Part shown: positions 55,840-64,000 of the stretch, in pieces
Layout: each line of letters opens with the position of its first letter
How positions within the stretch are numbered: the stretch's first letter is position 1
The notes under the pieces: generated by a model
Databases searched by the model: none
What the model saw: the letters and a program-made list of their open reading frames with translations, nothing else
What the model was told of the DNA's origin: nothing
Source: Eledone cirrhosa
Taxonomy: Eukaryota
NCBI GenBank assembly: GCA_964016885.1
Contig: OZ024740.1
Span: 118,110,001 to 118,174,000 of the forward strand
Length of the DNA: 64,000 nucleotides
Direction: 5' to 3'
Position numbers and translations under genes: made by a program

Positions 55840-57323
55840 TGTATTTCTTTGGAGATACGAAATATTTATACATATATATATATATATATATAATAAAGTA
55901 TGTCCATAGAATCATTTGATAAAATATATACATTATTTCCTCTCCCAATCAACATAATCAACCACACAAAAAAACCCCAATTAGACAAGGCTATAAGATT
56001 AAAAGACACCTATGAAGAAATAATAGATAAATAAACGACAGCTATCTATTCGCGATCAACAGGTATAGAATATTTACCCAGCATTTCTAATGGCACGTGG
56101 AAATCGATTAAATATATATATATCCCTCATTACAAATTATATACAAATATTCACTCCTAGGATTCTTGCCACATGGAGATTATCCCACTTTTATTTTGCT
56201 CATATTGTAATAACCTATAACATTTCAAGCTAATATTTATAACATCAATAATACTCTACTTTCTAGTCTTTTAGCAGACAAGAATATTTATTGGTTATAG
56301 CAGAAATTTCCAAACATTTCACTTTGGCGACAAAATTCAAAAAACAATATCTTTTGCGACACCTTAATTAAGTTTTGTTAGCAACACGAAAGTGACGATA
56401 ATAAATAAACAATTAAATATCATCACATGTCACCAGTCACATGCATAATTGTAAACAGAGTTGTCTGATCTCAAATATATTTCACAGATAAATATTGGTA
56501 AAAAGATTATCAGATTTGACATAATTTGATGACACAGTTGCAGATTATTGGCGACAAATGTGTTGAAAATATCTAGACAATATAGAGATCTGTTATTTCT
56601 TTGGCGAAATAGAACAGATATGACACATGACCCACATTTTACACTCTCGTATTTGTTGTTCTTAGTTGACATTCAATCAAACAAATGTGGGGTAACAGCA
56701 TGAACATCTGTTTAAGACATATGCAGAATGTAGGTGAAAGCGTCTGGCCTAGTGATAAGAGTCCTGGGATCATATTAATTCGTCTCCTTTGGCAAAGCAC
56801 TTCATTTTGCGTTACTCCAGTTCACTCAGCTGAAAATGAATACTTGAGGCACCTGGTCATTAGAATGGCGACAAACTCATCTCCCGTTCAAGATGGGTCC
56901 TCTCATCTCAATTGTATATCAGCTGTGAAACTAAGATAAGCTCCACTCTTCAGATAAAACTGTGCAAGCATGGTAGAACTGAAGTAAAACGAGAGTTCTA
57001 ACTGTTATAGAGAAGAGGTCGATTGAGTAAAGCTAATTAGTGAAAGTATAAAACCTACAATAAGATGGACTGGATGAAAATTATTCTTTCATTGAGATAG
57101 TAGTGTGTTAATAATACACATCAAATAGCGGTGTAATATTAACTTGGGGTCTTGAAACAATGAATTAAGCGAATAAGCATTTTCGCTGGAAAATCGGATG
57201 AAAAATGGTTCGGCATTTGTTGCGGCTCACTGCGCTCTGAGTATATCCTGCTGAGATCACCATTCTCTTTCATTCTTTCGAGGTCGTTAAAAAGTACGAT
57301 TCTAGCACTGGTGTCGATTTTTC

Positions 57324-57417
<94 letters not shown>

Positions 57418-60400
57418 AAAACATCGCGGCTGTGTTCAGGTATGGAGAAGAGTAAGTTCCGCTACATGAAATACTGAAGACACGCATCTACGACTTCAGC
57501 AGGTGTTAATGGCCCTTAACCTTTACCTTGAAACAATTTAATCGGTAACTTTAGACAGTGCAAGGCTGGAATGTATTATTGTTGCTTAGCTGTAAGTTAG
57601 CTCTTATCAAGCAAGTATATGAACAAAGGTATTTTAGCCATGGTGGTTTTCATTTGTTTCTGAATTTCAGACATTGTATGTAAGAGCTTCAGCAATCATG
57701 TAGCAAACATTTCTCCACATTCAAACCTCATCTCTGGGTTTGAATATGGAGACATTTTTACACAAGAAGATATACCATAGTAGCAGACGGTTTTCTGATA
57801 TGCTAAATAAGCGTGTGCGCATGTGGTCCGTAATGTATCAATGTATACAAATGTAAGAAAAAGGAAAACCATATTTTTAACGGAATTGAACTCGCGTCGA
57901 TTTATTTCATCTCCCAGTTTAATTTAGTTACTAAAGCGAAGTTTATTCTTTACAAAAGAGCAGCCCCTTAATTAATCTAAATGGGATATGAACTATTAAT
58001 AAGTAGAGTCATGATTGAAACAGCTCTGCATAACACCTTTGATGAGATACAAACCTGTACTGATTTCGAATAAAACAGTTTTCTATCAACACTTATATAC
58101 GCCGTTGAATCTAATATAATTGTTTCTACTATTGGCAGAAGGCCAGCAATTACCAGTACATTACTGGTACTTTATTTATCGACCCCGTAAAACTGAAAGG
58201 CAAAGTTAAACTCGGCCGTTGAATCTAATATAATGTTGTGAATCACTCATAATAAAAAAGCAAATGTTCTTTCCTGACAGTAGATACGAACATGCAAAGA
58301 CATATTTGATTTTACGGTTCATTTACTTTAATACTTCAGCTCTATATGATATTTACCGCAACCAGAAAGGCAAGTGGGCAGATGCTCAGAAACGTGCATT
58401 TTTCATTACAGAAATGTATAAAGTTATACCACGAAGAACCATGTTTAAACTTATCAATGTTCTTATATTTCAATCTTTTCAAGACAGATAAAATATCTAA
58501 TGTTGTTGATTTTGATAATGTTTCATCATAGATCATCCCATATCAAGCATAATTATGATCATGTTTTCATGTATAGTATATCAAGGCTACATAATCAAAT
58601 GTACCGTTTTCATTACGGTATGGTATCATTTGAGAGGGGACTTAACTGATTTTCTAGCAGGCTGAGTAAATATATCATTTTCTGAGTGAAGTTCGCTTTA
58701 CCATTGCCTAGAGTACTGTGAAAACAAGACCACTTTTGTTACATTAAACACTACGTTTAAGGTTTTAAGGTACAATTTTTACACTGATATTCACCCTATG
58801 TTAATTGTTATTGATAACGAAATTCGAAGCTTAGCCAACTAGTGATGATATTTATTTGAAAAGCACATTTACAATTTCGATCATAAAGCAAATCCTTCGT
58901 TTTGCACCAAGCTACTAAATTGTCCTTGTTATTAGTATAGTATTACTTGTGTTGTAAGTATATACTCACCCTAAAGCATGAAAAAAAAAAAAATAGTGCC
59001 ATTTCTTAAGATATTATTTTAGTATTTTCATAAAGGAAATATCTTCATTGTTAGAAAGTATAAAGAAACTTTTTTTCTTATGATTAAGATAATTATTACT
59101 ATATATGACAATGATTGCAAGAGATATAAAAATGAGTTAAACAAATTAAATACTAGGTTTTATTGGGGATAACCTTTTCTAAATATGGAAAAACAATATA
59201 TGCAGTATTTCGATAATTGTAAAAGTATTCTTATTAAGTTAATAACCCAATTATTGAAGAAAATATATAGAGTCAAAGAGATATAGTACCAATCAATAAT
59301 TTTGCTTCTTGTAAACATTACAACAATCTCTTTCTGAATAAAAATTAGTAGCCAAGGACACACAGGTACAGTATTAGCTGGCGCTGTTGTTGTTTATCCC
59401 CGAGTTGATACTGACCAAGCTGACTTGTAATCAATAGGCATTCAGGCATTCTATCATATTTTAAAGAATTCTGTAATCAGTCCCAGATTATCAAATGAGT
59501 CTTTTTAACGACAGTAGAATGTAATTTGAAATAGTTTTAGCAGTTATTACTAGCAGGTCAACTGATCATACAGATACACTCTCGTTTGTTTCTAAGTAGA
59601 ACATTAGTATATTTGTAGCTGTACCAGTAGCTGCAGAATATAACATGTTTGATTGATATGATTAAAATCCGAAATCTGTGAGAACACGTGAGAATCACTC
59701 TCTGTAACGATAGTAGTGAAATCCTAGAGATTTTGTAAATTCAGTAAGTCTAGTTTCTGTAGGTTGGGGTAGAGAAAACATCAAACGTTTCAGACTAAGG
59801 TCCTTTAAAATAGGAGCATTTGTTCACACCTTGCAGCAACTAAATTTATTGACACACAAATTCGCTTAGATTTTGATGATTGATATGTTCCTGGGCAAAG
59901 ATCAGTAATTGGTTAACTCCCATGTAGGAAATCTTGCATGCAATAGACTGGTATTATATATAGATAAATATTTCTCTCATCTATTTAATGTCACAGAAGC
60001 TAGAGATAATTGCATGTTCAATAGACCACGGATATTTGTAAAGAAGCATGCTTACTTCTGTAGCTTATAAACAGGAGAATTTCCATAAACACAATTCTGC
60101 TGCAGTCACAACACAAATATCATTTTCTTCTCAGAATAATAAAAAGAGACCGTTTGCAATAATAATAAAATTATAACGAGACAAAGGCAGATACTAATAT
60201 TATTTGGAGACAAAACTGAACAAACTGTCACATACTTTCAAAGGGAACCAGCAAATGAATTATATATCATGAAACATCTTATAAAGTGAAATCTATGACC
60301 TTTCATTCACCTTCAGTATGTATGAAGTTGATAAAGCAACTCAGTTTTTGCAATGAAAAAAATTAATATATTGTATGAATTAGAAACTTTTCATATGAGC

Positions 60401-61004
60401 ATAAGGAAGTATGAAGTGTAAACACTTTTAACCATGCCTACATACAAAGAAAAAAAACAATATATTATTCTTATGCGTTTCAAACATGACCGTATTCTCA
60501 CTAGAAAATAAATATCCATATGATTCCTTGTACGGAGGAATGCTACTAGAGCGGTGGTGTATAGACAGAGGAAATATCTCAAAGGGTGAGACTCATTTGA
60601 GCGATGTGCATTCGTATATACTACAAATTAAACACAAGAACAACACGCAGTTCCAATAATTTGTATTCTTTCGGACTTTGACAATCCATCCAATGCATGC
60701 AAGCATGGAACGCGGATGTAAAATTGTCATGATGTTGATGATTATGATATATACATATACATATATAATATATGTTTATATGTATGTGTGTATATAATAT
60801 TTATTCAAGGCTCTTGTGCGTCTGCATTCGGAGTTTTATATTTCAGTTCGGCATGGAACTCTGAGCAATAATACTTCTCCTTATAGAATATTCCTTCAAT
60901 CCTTTACAAGTGTGAATTGATCATTAGACAAATATATATCTTCGTTGTACTGTATCATTTGCCGTGTTATATTCCGTTTACACACACACATATATATATA
61001 TATA

Positions 61005-61205
61005 TATCACCGCTCCGGATAATGACGTATTATCTTCGTTTTTTTCGTTCATGAACCACCTAATAGAAGTCTACGACTTCATTTATACCATAAACGTGGT
61101 TTTGTCTTTGCGTGTAATTGTTTTCACCGCACCAAATTATGACGTATTATCTTCGTTTGTTTTTCATTCTTTGCCAGGGAATGTTTCCACGAACCAAAGT
61201 ATCGT
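61005..61205 (+). mobile_element. Pseudo-LTR fragment of the 34.2-37.6 kb PLE family
   Basis: ATGACGTATTATCTTCG...GCGTGTAATTGTTTTCACCGC...GTTTCCACGAACCAAA matches 37223-37430. Confidence 0.8.
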
Positions 61206-61552
61206 GTTCTGGTTCCCGCTGCAACACTTGTCCCTTTATTTCCACCATCACCACTCTTACAGGCCCTAACGGGTCTTTCCGTATACGCCATTCCTTCACC
61301 TGCACATCCACCCACCTTGTCTATGCCCTCCGGTGTTCCCTTTGCGGATCTTTATATATCGGACAAACGGATTAGATACTCCTGCCGCCCGTCATTTCTG
61401 TTCTCCTGATCATTCTTCCCTACATGTTTCAGTCCTGGGTGTCCTTTTATCATGGATCACAGGCCTCATGCACTTGGACTGAACAAAGTCTGATTCACCG
61501 CTTTGGGTCCTATTCCCCTCTTGGACACAACTCACCTCTCCAATTTCTCTAA
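61206..61552 (+). pseudogene. Neptune-type PLE zinc-finger/GIY-YIG endonuclease fragment
   Basis: CSGSRCNTCPFI...FRIRHSFTCTSTHLVYALRCSLCGSLYIGQT, later EQSLIHRFGSYSPLGHN. Confidence 0.8.
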
Positions 61553-61780
61553 TACCCCGTCCATTATCGCTTTCTCTTGATCATTAGCAGCTTCTCTTAC
61601 AACCAATACATGCCGACTATATATGCTCACTCCGCTTTTCTCTTCACTGCTGTGTATACACACATGCACACCCTTATATTAACATAGTTTTGCTCATAGC
61701 TTCGTACTTACATATACACACACTATTTTTACTCACATATACACACACATTTCTTCTTAGCTTCGTACGGACGTATAATA

Positions 61781-61895
<115 letters not shown>

Positions 61896-62126
61896 TGCTT
61901 ACGAACGTGCTTAAGTATAGCTCTTTTTACAAAACCGTTATATTTCCATTTCAGTTAGACGCGCTCTATCATCCACTTTTCTAAAAAAAATGAATCATAC
62001 ACAAAACGCCAGCATCAACTGTTTTGCAAGAGATGTCAACATGAATGGACCTGTTATTTTTATCTCAAGACATTTTTTCAAATTCCATTCCACCCGTCCC
62101 CTCAATCTATCTTGTTTCTCATTCTT

Positions 62127-62161
62127 TCTTCTGATGAAGGACTAGCGCCGGAACGTTAAGA
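62127..62161 (+). ncRNA. Degenerate minimal hammerhead downstream of the Neptune fragment (family K)
   Basis: TCTT-CTGATGA-AGG ACTAGCG CC-GGAA-CG-TT-AAGA; GAAA damaged. Confidence 0.45.
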
Positions 62162-62304
62162 CCATCTTGCTGCTATATCAAGCGTTAACCTAATATATCC
62201 CTGCCATAATGAACCGATTGTGTTATTTCTGTTTACTTTTTACACACATATATATATATACAGTATATTAACAAATGGAAACTATATTTATAAAACCATA
62301 TTTA

Positions 62305-62363
62305 TTTCATTATACATATTTCAAGGGCCACCAAAGTAAACTATGGTGCGCTTTCATCAGATA
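62305..62363 (-). ncRNA. Minimal hammerhead, family C (inverted copy, stem I truncated)
   Basis: 62262-62363 is the reverse complement of about 62686-62790. Confidence 0.6.
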
Positions 62364-62682
62364 TTATTATTGTTTATCCATGTTACGGTATTCATCCACC
62401 CTGTATTTATTTCTTCGCCTCTTCTCTCAAAATTACGCTATTCTCTCTCACTTAAACATACTCAGGTTTTTTTTCTCTTTCTTTCTTTCGTTTTGTCTCA
62501 TTTTTTCTCTTTCTTTTTTTTTTCTCTATTCCAACGGCTTAATTTAAATATACTGTTATTTAAACCTTTCCGACTCCTAATTTGCATAATAAACCAACAA
62601 TAAATCTAATAACTCCACTCCAGAATGGTTGCATTTTTTAAGGGTATGTCAATATTTATTTATAAAACTAACCTATATTATA

Positions 62683-62744
62683 TTTTATCTGATGAAAGCG
62701 CACCATAGTTTACCTCGGTGGCCCTTGAAATATGTATAATGAAA
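62683..62744 (+). ncRNA. Minimal type I hammerhead, family C (PLE pseudo-LTR)
   Basis: TTTTAT-CTGATGA-AAG CG CACC...GGTG GCC CTT-GAAA-T ATGT A-TA-ATGAAA. Confidence 0.72.
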
Positions 62745-62879
62745 TAAATATGGTTTTATAAATATAGTTTCCATTTGTTAATATATTGTATATTTACTCC
62801 AATAATTTGTTGAGTGCTTTATCAGTTATAAAAATATTTTGCTTGTTGTATCCCAACAAATTAAGTATAACCTCTACAC

Positions 62880-62925
<46 letters not shown>

Positions 62926-63028
62926 GGAAAAAATGAAACGAAATTTCATTCCTCACTCTTAGTACGGCTGTTACTTAAATATAAGTATGTATACGTACAT
63001 AAATATATGTATACATACGTACAGTATT

Positions 63029-63216
63029 AGGGCGGTGAATTGGCAGTATCGGTAGAGGGTCAGACATGCTTTCTAGCATAGTTACGTCCCTTTACGATCT
63101 GAGTTCAAATCCCGCCGAGGTTAACTTTGCCTTTCATCCTTACGAGGTCGATAAAATAAAGTACCAGTAATATACTGGGAAATTGCTGGCCTTGTGCCAA
63201 AAAGTAGAAACAATTA
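63029..63216 (+). mobile_element. Full-length Meta-domain SINE
   Basis: Consensus match. Confidence 0.88.
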
Positions 63217-63379
63217 TGTATATATGTATACATACATGCACACACATATATATATATATATGTACGTATGGATACATACTTATATTTAAGTAACAGCGTA
63301 CTAATAGTGAAGAATGAAATTTCGTTTCTTTTTTTCCGTTTATCGTTTTCGGTGCACCCGGCCGATTAACTCACTCGAT

Positions 63380-63427
63380 ATGCAAATTAGGCTGCTCAGC
63401 CGTTAGTATGCATAAGGAAAGTATATA
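63380..63427 (+). promoter_or_regulatory. Octamer + TATA cassette upstream of the HHR
   Basis: ATGCAAAT 63380-63387, TATATA 63422-63427, HHR core at 63468. Confidence 0.45.
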
Positions 63428-63462
63428 CTTTTAGGCGTTCAATCATCTGGCAGGAAGGTATA

Positions 63463-63503
63463 CATTGCTGACGATAGCTAATAAGCTTGAAACTAGTACA
63501 GCG
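63463..63503 (+). ncRNA. Minimal type I hammerhead, family L
   Basis: CATTG-CTGACGA-T AGCT AATA AGCT T-GAAA-CTAG-TA-CAGCG; palindromic CTAG loop 3, GUA site. Confidence 0.72.
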
Positions 63504-64000
63504 TTCCTTTGTCAGTGTTGAACAAATGAGCAACGATGTTTGCTAGACACTGTACGGCTTAATTCGGGATGTTTGTTTACAAACAGACCGAGCATTATAA
63601 TAAATATTCGGTGAATCCATACGTACATATATATATGTGTGCATGTATGTATATATATATACATACTCCTGTACGTCTGTATACATATATGTATGTACGT
63701 ATACATACTTATATTTATTATATATATATATTACCAGCGGAAAATGCTCACAGTCATATAATGCGAAAAAAACAAAAACATTGACACCTCGTCAGCAACA
63801 TTTCTAACACTGCAGTTTTGTGCATTAATGTGGTGCTATATTTGAAATGCCAGTTTCCGCAACATAACGGAGCCCGCTCTGTTGAAATGATACACGGGAG
63901 ACGATTAAAAAAAGAATAGACAGAGAAAATTTAAGAGTGTTTATCAACCGAAGTAGATGCACATATGAACATTTACAACTGGAATTAAATGGACAACCGA

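Larger units (their letters stand above)
54807..55875. mobile_element. Retrozyme-like family J: ~328-bp unit, about 1.1 minus-strand copies head-to-head with about 2 plus-strand copies
   Basis: HHR cores at 55332 and 55660 (period 328); inverted unit 54807-55175; TA tracts on both flanks; no meaningful ORF. Confidence 0.88.
62921..63720. mobile_element. Retrozyme-like family L: ~429-bp unit plus an inverted partial copy, with a SINE between them
   Basis: ATACATACTTATATTTA at 63272 and 63701; 62921-62995 inverts about 63270-63342; TA tracts flank. Confidence 0.7.

Noticed and set aside
57415-57540. Possible host exon in GC-richer unique sequence
   Set aside because: No recognisable protein motif or consistent splice-site pair

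Overview
This is AT-rich, repeat-dominated animal DNA with no recognisable host gene. The Meta-domain tRNA-derived SINE and abundant (TA)n/(CA)n tracts suggest a cephalopod such as octopus (inference). Most ORF-track entries are microsatellite translations. Real coding remnants are a near full-length but inactivated Penelope-like element (PLE; RT + GIY-YIG, 34544-36672), three more PLE fragments, an internally deleted Tc1/mariner element, and R4-, RTE- and L1/Tx1-type LINE fragments. There are also three Helitron-like elements. The main hidden signal is about 20 type I hammerhead ribozyme (HHR) motifs from about 12 sequence-unrelated families, folded by eye. Several sit in 330-520 bp non-coding units arranged as tandem plus inverted copies between (TA)n tracts, which looks like PLE-mobilised retrozymes. 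Two unrelated families share an octamer (ATGCAAAT), 34-35 nt spacer, TATA box and HHR layout resembling an snRNA-type promoter. No folds or homologies were computed.
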